Shown: positions 41,301 through 53,838 of the stretch, in pieces
Numbering within the stretch: the first letter of the stretch is position 1
Layout of the letters: each line of letters starts with the position of its first letter
Source of the DNA: Moniliella sp. 'wahieum'
Taxonomy: Eukaryota
NCBI GenBank assembly: GCA_003971905.1
Contig: RSEE01000033.1
Coordinates: 434,001 to 498,000, forward strand
Direction of reading: 5' to 3'
Length of the DNA stretch: 64,000 nt
Notes under the pieces: generated by a model
What the model saw: only the letters and a program-made list of their open reading frames with translations
The model's database searches: none
What the model was told of the DNA's origin: nothing
Position numbers and translations under genes: made by a program

Positions 41301-43177
41301 GAACTGCGTTGGCTGTTTGATTCAGATCCAGAAGTGATTGACGTGCTCGAAAGAGGGGTGAGCGAGAGAGAGCGAGAACGAGACCGCGATCGCGACCAAG
41401 AGAACGAGGACGACGGAGGAATAGACGTGCTAGGACGTAACGTCGGTCTAATCGAACCCGATGACAACTTGGGAGGTGCAGAGGTAGAGACGGAGTAAGA
41501 CGAACTGAAACTCGAATGGATGGTAGGTGTTGAGGAGCGCCACCACGGTAGATGTGCACCACTGGATCCATTGTTGCTCATTCCGCTTTGGGCAGGACTC
41601 GAACCTACTGTGGGACGCTCATCCCACTATTTCTCACAGACGAGAGTGGAGAGGAGGATGGGCGATGATGCGGCTGCGAGGTCAACGGTGACGAAGCCGA
41701 TGTGGGCGACGATAGGTTGGGCACATCCGTTGTGCTCGATTCTCCTCCAATCCCGGACAAAGAACCAGACGCCGATTGCGACGAGGGAGCATACGATTGG
41801 GAAGAACTCAATAGCCGCCATGATCCTGAATGCCTTGAACGAGTACGGCTGTGAGGCGAAGAAAAGTAATTGCTAGAAGACGGTGTGGCCGAACTGGCAT
41901 CCGAGGATCGCCGCCCCCCGACGAAGGCGAGGAGGAGTAAAGCATTGTTGAGCTATGATTTCGGAAAGGACTTTGCTTCAGACTCGAACTGGTCGAGGTG
42001 ACGGACTGCATACCCCGGGAGGACGATGGAGAGAAAAAAGACGAAGAGTGCCCCGACCCTGATTCCGAGCTGGTGCCTACTGAGGGAGATCCGCTTGAGG
42101 AAGCATAGGAGCGGGAGAAAGTCGATTGTGATTGGGATTGACGGGATGAAAATTGGAAAGGCTGGGACGAGCCGGAGCCGGGTTGGTAAGAGCTAGAGTA
42201 TGACATGGACGCAGTGCTGGATCGGACCCTGCTCGACCCATCAGATCTCGAGTCATGTCTGGATAATGATGACCAGCTTTCTGAAGACGATCGATGGCGA
42301 TGAGAGCTGGGCCAAGATTGAGACTTGGATTTCCAGCTGGTACTCGAAGTCGAGGGGGAAGAGTTAGACCACGATGATGAGGGAGAGGTTGACCAACTGT
42401 TCGACCCGGAGCCGGAAACGGAGGCATTCCTGCTCGACGGCTGCCACCTAGAGACAGAAGAAGGGGAAGTAGACGAGTAATGAGACCAGCTGAACCTGCT
42501 GCTGTGCCCCGAAGAGCCAAAGCCAGAGGGAGACGACTCGGTCGTGCTCGAGGGTTGCCAGCTGGAGACAGAAGAAGGGCGATGGTGTGAAGAAGTGGAC
42601 CAAGTGCTGGTTCCAGAACTCGAACTTGGGGTATCTATGCTAAAGGGATGCCATGTGGATGCGGAAGAAGGGACGTGGCGATGGGACGAAGTGGACCCGT
42701 TGCTTTGCCTTGAGATTGAACCTGGACCTGAACTTGTTGGGCCATCCGGGGGCGAGGAGGGTTGCCAGCTGGAGGCAGAAGAAGACGAAGGGTGGTGGTG
42801 GGACAACGGGGATCGGGTACTTTGCCCTGCGCCTGATGCATCGGATGACACGGACGCGGTCCGGTTGTCCCAGGGGATGGAGGATTTGGGATAATGGCGG
42901 TTGGATGTGGGAGAGCTAAATGTACTGCGGGATTGCGAGTCGTCGTTGGCATTGTCGTCGGTGTCGCTCGCGCCATCGGGGTCCAAATCGGAATCATGTT
43001 CGCGGGACCAGGCTGGGACAAGGGATGGAGTGTGGTTACGGTAGAGCCCCCAAGGCGATGAGGCAAGCTCGGCATGGCGATGACGGTAGGCAGGGTAGTG
43101 GGCTTGGTATGGGCCGTGGCGGCAGCAAGCACAAGCGCAGCTGCGGCCGCCGGGACGGTGACCAGGGAGACGCGCAT
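38363..43177 (-). CDS. MSB2: Signalling mucin, Msb2/Hkr1 type (frameshifted)
   Basis: Signal peptide MRVSLVTVPAAAAALVLAAATA, ~3 kb Ser/Thr-rich region, HMH-like AQIFQFMPTVLA...TLFIGYIPSGQVRPLQAAI, TM helix ALIGVCTALGVILVVAAGV, cytoplasmic tail. Intron near 39610-39675. Confidence 0.8.
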
Positions 43178-44906
43178 GCCGGTTGAGGGGACGAAGGAGA
43201 AGGAGGGGCGCAGGCCCACAGAGCGCTCAACACCGGCGGAGCAGAGGCACAGACCAGAGAGGAGCGGAGGGATGGGGCAGCGTCCAGCTCAAGTTCTCAG
43301 CCTCACGCCTCACGCCTCCCTCGCCCCCTCTTGGTGGACAGGCCCCCATCTACCATCGCCTCGCCCCATCCACTTCGGCTGTAACATGGATTGCATTGCT
43401 TGGCTTTTGGGCTGTCGAGCTGTCTGTGCACATAGGCACACCCCCAGAAAATGAGGTGGAGCAGCTCAGCACCGCGGTGCTCGCACGCTGCCCCCACACA
43501 CTGCCCCCGGGCCAGTCTCGGTCCTGCTCTATGTCTGGCATGTCACATTCACGTGTCACCGGTCACCTGTCACAACCTCCCTTTCCGAGATCGGAGCACC
43601 AGATCGCAGAGCGATGGTGCGCTGGCCAGGGCGCCGCCTCCAACCCTAGCACCCCCAAAGCGCCCTATACCTCGGAAGCTTGAAGCTTGAATTCCCGTTC
43701 TATGGGATGCCCTTATTGTGCCCTCCAGCAGTCCCCAGCTTCAAGCTTCATCCTTCATCCAACAACAGCAATGGGTGGTCCTACGCACCCGGCGCTGATC
43801 TGTGGATATGCGGTCGATGGCCACGCCCATGCCCGGGAGGCACACCCTATCAAACCTAAGGGGGGGAGGGCGAGAATACACAGTAAACACGCGTGGATCG
43901 GTACGTCGCGCCCGGCCTCCACAACTTCAATGTGTGGGCACAGACGGCGCATTGTGGGAAAAGAGGCGGTGGGAGGCGCAATGCAGCGATCTCGTTTTGT
44001 CGTGTCTCCGGTTCCGGTTCGTTCAATAGTGATTAACGTGGGCGAGGTGTCGTTGGCTAGTCGGCTCTGAGTACTGGGTATCCTCGTTTTGAGTTTCTGT
44101 ACAAGTATCATAGTTCATCGACTCTTTAGCTCCCCAACCTGGAGAGGATAGAACGCTGTGGTTCTCCGTTGGACGAACCGACCCACTGCACACATGTCCA
44201 GTGAAACGAAACGAAATGATGCGGCCGCGGTGCTCGTACAACCCACTTTTCATAGTTCCTCCCTCCTACGTGTCGTCGTCCCGACCGGGACAGAGATGGA
44301 TGGTCGACAACTAATGTCCACAGACTGTGGCCACTCGCTTGTTGCAGCGAGGTCAGGCTCAGGGGAGGGTCGTGGGTATGCAACGCGAGGCGCATTTTGC
44401 CTCTCTATTTCACTCATGTCGCCATTCGTGTCTGCTATTTACTTTGTCCGCTCCTTGGCATCAGTCACCAAGGTACCTAGCTCGTCTACGCAGCACGCGC
44501 CAAGCCGCCTTCCCAACACAGCAAGACCAGGCAGGACACAAGATGGAACGAAAGTGGCAGCTAGCGTGCAGGCAGGCCGGCACAGAAGCACAAACGGAGC
44601 AAAAAAGGAAAGAGGGGATGGGGTGAGGGTGGGGGGGGGGGAAGATATAAGCAGGCGCATATATACCGCCCCCTACTGAGCCAGCAGAGCCAAGAGAGGA
44701 GCAAGTAAGCGCATCGGTCGGTCGGCCGAGACTAGCTTGGCCGCACGCACCGAGATCCAGAGAGGAAAGCACGTCGTCAAGCGTCGCGGGGGGTATGGTA
44801 GTTTGGGTATTAGGGGGGTCGGCCCAGAAGGGAGGGCAAGAGGTAGGGGGTAGGGGCAGGGGGTAGGGGGGGGGGGGATAGAGAGGAAGGAGGCAGGTGC
44901 TACGTC

Positions 44907-47900
44907 TCACTTGGGCGGGACTGGCGGTGGCGGAAGCGGTCCGGTCGGGGCGGGGTGGCGCATGGGTGGCGCGGGACTGGGCGAACGAGACGCACTAGAC
45001 CACACCCGCACCCGCTGTCCCGCCGAATGGGCAGACGAGGCGGTAGTTGTCGTTGACGCGGGCGGGGAGGAAGCATGGGGGAAAGGGGGACGGTCGAAAT
45101 CGTTGCCAGAGCTCGCTTCTTCCTCGGCTTGTTCCGGTACAGGCGAGGGCACGGGATGCGAGGAAGGGAAGAGCACCCGGCTCGTCACTGTCTGCACCAT
45201 CGTCGGCGAGCTGAGCGAGCTGCTGGTCGGAGAGAATTGGCCCGAGGAGCGGGCATCGATCGAGTCACCACGGCGGTTGCTGTCCGACCGGCGGACACCA
45301 AAGGCGGCGCTCATCGAGCCTAGGCTTCCTTCGCCAGACGGACGGGAGGCGGACCCGGGGGAAGAGAGACTATGCTGTTCGCTCCAGGGCGACAGGCCCG
45401 AGGCAGAGGCAGCGACCAAGGAGCCAGCTGGCTCGTACGTCCCACTCGTCCGCTCGCTGTGGCTCAAGGAGGAGGCTCCAAGACTGTGGCCACCACGGGT
45501 ATGTCCCTGAGCACTCGTGTCGGACGAAGACCGCTCGCCCAAATGAATCAAGTCCAAGTCCAAGCCCGCAGGTATGGGCGCCGCCGTCTTGGGCGCAGGA
45601 CGAGAGGTGACCGTCGCAGTCTCGACGGGCGACATGACGGGTGAAAGAGAGGCATTCAAATTGCCTACAGGCGACGAGTGCGACAGCTCCCCTTCGTCTG
45701 CCGAGTCTTGGTCAATGGGGATGAACTGGGCCAAGGGCCGCGACGCCTGGTCGGACCATTCGGGCAAACTGGTGGAACTGGGGGCAGTGATTTGCATCAA
45801 GGGGTTGTGCTGCCCCATTGCTGAAGGCGTGTTGCCACGCACCGACAAAAGCGAGCTAGACCGCGACCCAAAGCCATGCACCGAAACCACCTCGTGGGGG
45901 CTGTCGGCCGGCACGTCCGGGTCCCCCCGATCCCATTCGTGCTCGTGATTATGAGTGCTGGGCGGAAAACTGAGGAAGGAGGCGTCCTCAGCCAGGGGCG
46001 TGGTCGTACGTGACAGGGGCAAGAACTCCTCGGGTGCCGGCGTCGCAGTTTCGTTCACCAGGGGTGTCCTCAGCACAAACGACCGTTTCGACCTCGGCCG
46101 TCGGCCTGAATCGACAGACCGACGCGACCGGTCCGAAGCGCCTGAGCCTTGGCGACGGGGCGACTTGGGCGTTGGCGGCTCGGCACTCTTTGCTCTCGGT
46201 TCCAATGGAGTGGGCGAGCGCATGCCCAAGTCCATCCCGGGCGAGGACACGGCCGAGTACATACTCCCCGTTGGCTCCGAAGGGGTGACCGTCTTGATGC
46301 GCAGCGGCAAGCCTCTGGAGGGAACCGGCTCCGAGTCGGTGGGCGTCTCTACAATCGATGGGATCGGAGTCGTCTGGGTGGATCGTTGCGTCTGGGTCTG
46401 GGTCGGGCTCTGAGGCTGATCCTGATGGGCCTGGATCTCTTCCTCCTCTCCCCGCTCGGGTGGGGATCTCAGCGGTAGACGAGCGGGCTTGGCACGCCTA
46501 CCTTCCCGAGCTCGAGCCAGCTCGTCCTCGTGCTGGATCTTGATCTTTTCAATCTCAGCCTGGTGCTCCTCTTGCAGATGAACCAGATGACTGACCAAGG
46601 TAGGGTGGGCGCGCTTGTTGGCCTCGACCTGGGTGTCGGTGGAAGAATGGCCAACGAGGCCACTCGGCTTTCGGCTTGCAATCTCCTCCAGCTGAGCCAC
46701 CTGGGCCTTGAGCAACTCGACCTGCATCTCGGCTTCCTGGGCACGGCTCAAGGTGTGAGCCGCGCTCTGTTGAGCCTCATGCAGCAACGCCTTGGACTCC
46801 AATGTTTCCGCACGGGCTTGCAACGCATCCGACCGGGCTGCTTCCAGCTCCGCTTGCAGCCCCATTGCCGCGCCGGCATGAGCATCCGCCCGACACCGCT
46901 CCTGGTCCAGTTGACTTTTGGCCTGGCTAGCCACCAGACGTGCTTCTTGCAACGACTTTTCCATCGCACGCATGTCCTGGACCATAACCTCCTGTGCTTC
47001 GGCGTACCCAGCTTGCAGCGCGTTCACTGCCCCCGTTTGTCGATCCAGCAGCTCCAAAAGCGCCGCGACCGCGGCCGATTCTTCTTTGCCCCCCTTGGGA
47101 GGTGGGATGTCCGGCGGCAGCGCCACGCCGCCGGCTGCCAACGAACTTTTCTTCCCTCCAGCTGACTTGGTGCTCTTGGTGCTCTTGGATCGTTTGGGCG
47201 TCTTGGGCGTCTTGGGTGTCTTGGGGTCCTCCTCCACCCAGGGATCCTCCTTGCCCTTGGACTTGCGTAGTTTGTGCGACAAGGTGCGGTTGTGCCGGTC
47301 GGCACTGGCTGGTTTGGCAGGCGAGTCGACGACACGCTTGTCGAGCAAAACGTTCATCATGCCCTCCAACGACCGTTTCTCGTTGCGCAGCGTGGACAGA
47401 ACCCGGATGACACCCGGGCCTTCGCTCGCCTCGCGCGCAGCGTTGGACCGGAAGCATCCGACCCGCCAGGCGCGGGGAAATCGAGGCGAGTCATGGACGA
47501 GTCGGGCGTATTGAGGGTAGAAGAAGCTTGGGTTGACGTTGAGCCACGGGCACGGTGGGTGAAGGAGGAATCCGAGTTGCTGTGGCTTCGTTGGCGCAGA
47601 TCGTGCGCTTCGACGGAAGACGCTTGAGCAGGTGCCGACCTGGGTGGCTCCGCCTCCTTGTCCTTCGATGAGCCCGACACGGAGCCAGGCGCCGACGAAG
47701 GCCGCGGAATGACAATCGGTGTCGGGGCCGCTACGCCCCGGCTTAGCATGCGTCCCAATACCGTGTCGGGATTGACCACGGGCAGGCTGGCAGAGCGTGA
47801 GGTGAGTATCTCCACCGCGTCCTGCTGCTCGTCCGACGTGGAGGCGCTGACTGGCCCGCGGGTCGATCCAGCCCTGCTATGCCCCGAGGACACTCGAGGC

Positions 47901-48949
47901 CGCGCGGTCGGCACCGACTCGCCCGACGCCGCGGGCGACGGGGTGCTGCGCCAAGGCTCGAGCGTAGAGTCAGGCCGGGCCTGCTCGTTTTGGTTGAAGA
48001 CGCTGCCCGAAGGGGACATGAGGTGGGCTGGCATTTCTTCCGCTCAGGCTGGCCTCGGGGCCGGAGGGGAGGGGAGAGAGACGGGCAGCTCGTAGCAGAG
48101 ATGGGCGCGCGGACCAGTTTGGTCGCTTGCATAATGTGCGTCGACCCCTCCTCGTCCGAGTCGGCCGTCCAGCCCGACTGGGTAGACATGGGACGGGCCT
48201 GCTTGTCGGGCGCATCGTTCCAGACTGAGTTTGACTTCTTCACGCTAGCGGGCTCCTCGGGGCGCCGGGAGGTTGAGGTGGAGGCGGGGGCTCGTGCTGT
48301 GGCTCCCTCACGGTCGGGACCGCTTGTGCTGCCAGGGAAGGCGGTGGCGGCTGGATGTGGGGCAAGACGTTGCCAGGCCCGGGGAACTGGAGGTAGATGC
48401 TGGGTTGGGCGGCGTTGGGGAACAGGTCGGCTACATCACCATGCCCTCGTCCTGGCCCGTTGCGCCGAAGCAGAGGAGGCAGCACCATCGTGCGGATGTA
48501 GAGGCGGACGGAGCCTGCTGCGCCCGGGGCAGCGGAGGCAGGTGCTGTTGGCACTGCGGGTGGCGGCCCTGGGCAGCGGGGCAAAGGCCCGTGCGGGGGT
48601 GCAGAGGGCAGCGGCGGCAGTGGCTTTTGCGGGCCGCGAGGCGGAGCGGACTGGCGGGCGCGAGCGCGCGGGCGGCGCGGGTGGAGCGAGTGGAGCGGGC
48701 AGAGCGGGCAGAACGAACGGAGGCCGCACGCACCGACCGACCGGACGCCACGGAGGGGGCGCGCTGGTCGGCGGGGGTTGGGGCGCGTCGGCGAGGACGC
48801 CGAGGGCCGGGTAGGCGAGGTGCTGGAGGCGGGCGGTGCCGGCTGGAGCGGCGGGTCTGGAGGGCGGTGTGGGAGCCATCGAGGGTGCGCTTGTGGCGGA
48901 CGGGGGCGGGGCGGTGCCAGGGGATGCCCATGGCGGCGACGGAGGCCAT
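44907..48949 (-). CDS. Large Pro/Ser-rich protein with a central coiled coil, function unknown
   Basis: 820-aa ORF (44907-47369) with a heptad-rich segment, continued upstream through overlapping frameshifted ORFs; start uncertain. Confidence 0.7.
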
Positions 48950-51599
48950 GGCGGCGCGCAGACAGGGGGGGTGGAGGGGAGTGGAGGGGGGGGAGCGAGA
49001 AGGAGGCGGCGACAGCGTCGGCGGCGCTGGACATGTCCAGTCCAGGGGACGCCCGCCCGCGCTCGGGCGGAGTGCGCTGTGGTGCGGCGGCCAGCCAAGA
49101 GCCACGCCGAGCGGCGCTGCGCTGCGCCTGGGGGCGCTGGACGCCGGGACGAGACAGGCAGCTGCCCACTGGCCACTTGCCGCCACCACTCGCCCCCTGC
49201 CTCGCTGCGCGCCACGCCCCACCAGGCACCCGGCTGCGGCCAGCCGCATCACCCGTCACATGCACACCCCATGCCCACCAGTGCCCGCCCTCATCACCCG
49301 TCCGTGCATCTCAGGCGAGCGGCGCCTCCCGCGGCTGCCCAGTCTGAGCCGCTGCGGGCGCGTGCCAGCACAGGCGCAGTGTCGGGGCCCGTGCCGATCC
49401 GGGCGCAGTGTGGCATTTGGGCTGGTGGATGCGTCTTGCTCGGGGTACGTACCTGCAGGCCCTCCTCTGAGCCGGGCGCTGGATGGCATGTTAATATTAT
49501 GACGTCCAGCCTCCAATCCAAGGGCAGCGTTAACACAATGGACTGTGCCGAGCTGGCATCCAATTTCCAACACCTCGGCCCACCCCCCACCATCTTGTCC
49601 ATCACCTCAACCCCCCATGCCGTCCAACGCCCTTGCCATGCATCCTCCTCTTCCAACCACGCCTCTCTCCGTCCCGTGTCCCTCCTCCCCCGTCTCGTCC
49701 CCTTTCTCTCTCTGCGGTATGCAGCGCTGCACACGGGCTTCTCGGCGAATTGCTTGCATTGTTGGATTACTATTGCTAGTTTACAAATGCCCTAACCTAA
49801 GGCCATCCAGTAACCGGTAGCCGCCCAAGCATCCCACCACAGACACCCCAGCAAGCCTCGCCCTCACTGTTCCGATCAGGAGGGCGGCGCTCTCAGCCGC
49901 AGTGCGCACACAGGCCCACACCATTCCAGTTTCTTGGCCTTTCTTTTGGCCCGAGCGCCCGCCGGCTGCGCAAACACGTGCTACGAGCTGGGCCGAGCTG
50001 GTGCGGCAGGCGTTGCGCTGCATGGGATGCATGCCATCACATGCAGGGTTGCCGGTTGCCCGGTTACGCGCTTGCGACGCCAGTCCGATCTCAGACTAGC
50101 GGCTAGTGATAGTGACTAGTGATGTGACTGGCGGCTGTCACGATACCATGCACGTGACTAGACTAGCACTGGCAAGCTGCAAAAGCGCATCTCAGAGGTG
50201 AGTCTCACCTCTCACCGCAGATCTCCACCCCCGCCCCGGTCCGCACCCACCGGCCACCACCGGCCACCACCGGCCACCACCCATCAACCACACCCGCCCA
50301 CACCTGACCACCCTGCCACGCCCCATGGGCCACCGTCATGTGCATTGTGCATTGTGCACGCCCCCGTGCACCTGCTTGTGTTGCGCAAGGTGTTTCGAGT
50401 CTTCTCACCTCTCACACCTCAGATCTTATCTCGCACCATTCTGTCTCTGCTGCTTGCGTGAGGACGGTGTACTAGCAAGCGTGTCTGCCTAGCCGCCTGT
50501 CGCTGAATCACCACCGTCACCCCCCCCCCGGCCCCCTCACAGTCCCTGGTGCATGGTGGCTGTGACCTTCTTTTCACGCTGGACGGTGTGGTTGACCTAA
50601 AAATTACCTGTGGCCGCGGGGTGGGCACATTCGTTGACCAGTGACCGTTGAGTGGCATGTGGACCTCCACAGTCCTCGCTGCTGTTTGGTTGAGCAAATA
50701 ATGAACGCTGTAGCAGCAGTGCGGTACAGCTGCACGGGCAACCAGCGGCAGGTGAAGACCAGCGTGGTATGGGTCTGGCCTGGAGGGTGGGAGATGCTAT
50801 GCGATGGAGGGGTCGATGGTCGATGGATGGATATGGGAAGTAGTTGAAGCGATGATGACGTCGATGAGGATTGATCTCTTGCTGGACGTGTAATACACAT
50901 TTACATGTTACATGCTCGATCGGCGAGGACGCGGGACGCAAGTAAAAGGGTAACCGCTTGAGCGTTGAGCCAGTCTACTACTGCCATCCATCATCTACCG
51001 CCGATTATAAAGATTCTCGATGAGCGATCATGATCAATTCCCCGAGGAGAGCACCATTTCTATCGATACATTGCCATTCATCCTTCTGATTCACCTGGCG
51101 CTGGGGATGGTTTTTTTTTTCTCTTCTTCAACCAAACGCAGTAGGCAGCCCCCCTTCTCGTTTTGCCGAGAGCAAAGAGCGAGGACGGGCGCGGTTGCGT
51201 GGGAGAAACAGAAACACGTTTGCTAACTGAAACTCGGAAGGTCATGCAGGTCATGGACGGGGGCGAGAGGCGATCCTGATGGGACATGAGCCGTAGGGCG
51301 CTGTTGGAGGCATTGCGGGGGGGCATTGAAGGTTTAAGTTAAACTCAACGATGAACGGATTCAACGTTGTGGGGCCCAAAGGTAAGACTAACCCGCGTCG
51401 TGTTCTGTCTTTGAGATCCAAGGGAGACGACGAGAGGGGAGATTGTCGCGAGGCAGAGAGAATTGCAGACTACAGGACGCCAAGCACTTGAACTGGCGCC
51501 TGGCGCCCATGAGAAAATAAAGAAAAAAGCAAAAGATGGTATCGCATACAGAGGAGTGAAAAGGCGGAAGCGCGCCGTTGCCGCCGATCTTGACGTGGA

Positions 51600-53838
51600 T
51601 CACTTGGAGCTGTGCAAAGGAATGTGGTGGAACTTGATCTCTTTCGACTGGGGATGGGGGTGGAGGTGGCCCGGCTGAGGTCCATGGGAGCAAGTAGGGA
51701 TCCCCTTGATCCATGCATCCCATCGTCCTCCTCGCCCTCGCTCGTAAGCCGGACGAGCGGGTACACGTTTGCGATGGTGGCAAGGTGGAGGAGCCGACCA
51801 AGCCACAAGGCACCGCGTCCTTGGCCTCACCAGGAAGGTAGGATAAGGGCGACAAGGCATCGGCATACCTCTTGCCCCGTAGCAACTCCCCTAGCGTACA
51901 CCGCTGCGCGGGGTCAATAGCCAACATGCGCCGAAGCGCCGGCCGCACTTCTTCGGGGCACTGGCTGAAGATCGAGTCCCGTGTGGCGGGCGAGGCAGGG
52001 GTGGGCGATGGGAGAGCGAGGGCGGGAGCGGGAGCAGGTGCGGGGGCAGGCACAGGCGCAAGCACCGCTGACGAAGTGTGCATGGGACCTGGGCTAAGAG
52101 AAGTGCAAGGTCGGGCCAGAGCATCCGTGGCCAAGCCGCGCTCAACGTGGGAAGTGGATAGGTGGCGGGCGCGTGTCCATTGCTGCTTGCCATGGTTCTC
52201 ATCGCCCGCATGGGTTCCCGGCGGAACGCCGAGGCGGCAGGGTGGAGGACCGCGCTTGGCTTGTCTCGGCCGGGGTTGCGACCACTGCCTCGACTCTCCT
52301 TTTCCCGCTCGCGTCGTGAGCTTCGTGGGCTTCGTGCTCGCCCGAAAGGAAGGCGGAGCGCTCGGACAGTTGGGGCGAGGTGGCTCGTGTGTCAGCGAGC
52401 GTGGCTTCATCCCCATCCTCTTCACCTGCCTCGTCTTCATCTGGGCCACTGGACTCGCCCCCGGTCATGCGCTCCTCCGATCCAAAGCCAGGCGCCGAGG
52501 CAGATTCCAAAGCACGGTACCCAGCCTCCGAAGCGGTAGGGATCGACCGCTCGCCCAATTCCGTGCCGGACATGCCTGGCCGTGTGGGCGCGAGGGAAGC
52601 ACGCATCAGGCTGGCGGATGAGACACCAGGGAGGTTAATGTAGAGCGTCGGACTGGCCTCAAGCGGTACCACGCTTTCAGCTGCGTCAGGGCAAGCCGGG
52701 GACAGGAGCGAGGTGGAAGCAGGGGGAAGCCAAGATAAGGGAGGGAGGTGGTAGGCCTGTCGTCTGTCTGTGGCCCGATGCTCGGGTCGGTAGCGTGGGC
52801 ATGTTGGTACGGTACGTCGGTGGCAGAGTGAGTCGCCGAAGCGGCACTGGAGGCACATGTTGTTCCGCTCACGCTCAAAATAGGGGGGCCAGCGGAGCTA
52901 ACCATCGCCGCCGAGGCCGGCGAAAGGTCGGCTTGGCGGGTGCCAGCCTCAGCCGGAGAGCTGGTAAGAAGCTCGGGTGTTCCTGCACAAACAGACGGTA
53001 GGACCGGTCGCGGCGCGCGTCGGGCAATTTCCAGGGGAAGCGACGGAGGTACATGCAAAGAAAAATGATAGCCAAGCTCCACACGTCAGTCGCCCTTGGG
53101 TCGTAGGAAGACTGACTCAACACCTCAGGCCAAATAAGGATCAGAGCCCACGACGCCCGTGGCGGGCAAGGTGGTGGTCGAACCTGGGGTGCGGAAGACG
53201 ATGGCAGTGCCAAAGTCAATAATCTTGACCACATTGTCTTGGGTCATGACGCAGTTGTCCAACTTAAGGTCACGGTGGGCGAGGCCCAAATTGTGCAGAT
53301 AGTCGACGCCATCAACAATCTGGCGGAAGATGCAGAACAGATCGGCCGAACTCATCTTGTTGGCCATGACCACCGAGAAGAGGTCGTACGGAGCATACTC
53401 TAGCACTTCGTAGTACTGGCCAGCATGTGTGAAGAGGTCGACAGTCTGGATGATGTTGCGGTGCTGGAGCGTGACGCCAACACAAAACTCGGCGGTGATC
53501 TTCTTGAGATAGTCGCGTTGGTTTTCGTTGGCACGGAGGGGGCGAAACTGTTTGATGGCAAAAACGCGACGGTCGTGGCGCTTGACGAGACGCACAGTGC
53601 CGCCTGCGCCGCTGCCGAGGACGTTGCCCCAGCTTCGGTACTGCTTGTGCAAGTTCTGGGCGCTGACACCAGCGGCGAGGGCAGGCGCCTCTCCGCGCCT
53701 AAACCTGCACGATGGAGGAGGGGGCAAGGACTTTTTGGCGAAGCGGTTGCGGAGACCAGAGAAGAGGCCGTCTGCTTTGGAGTGCCGGCTAGGAGGCGGA
53801 GGCGCAAGCGCAGGTGAATGCGCGGCAGTGGAAGGCAT
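51600..53838 (-). CDS. HAL/NPR-family Ser/Thr kinase (Hrk1/Sat4-like)
   Basis: [80 protein letters not shown]. Confidence 0.92.
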
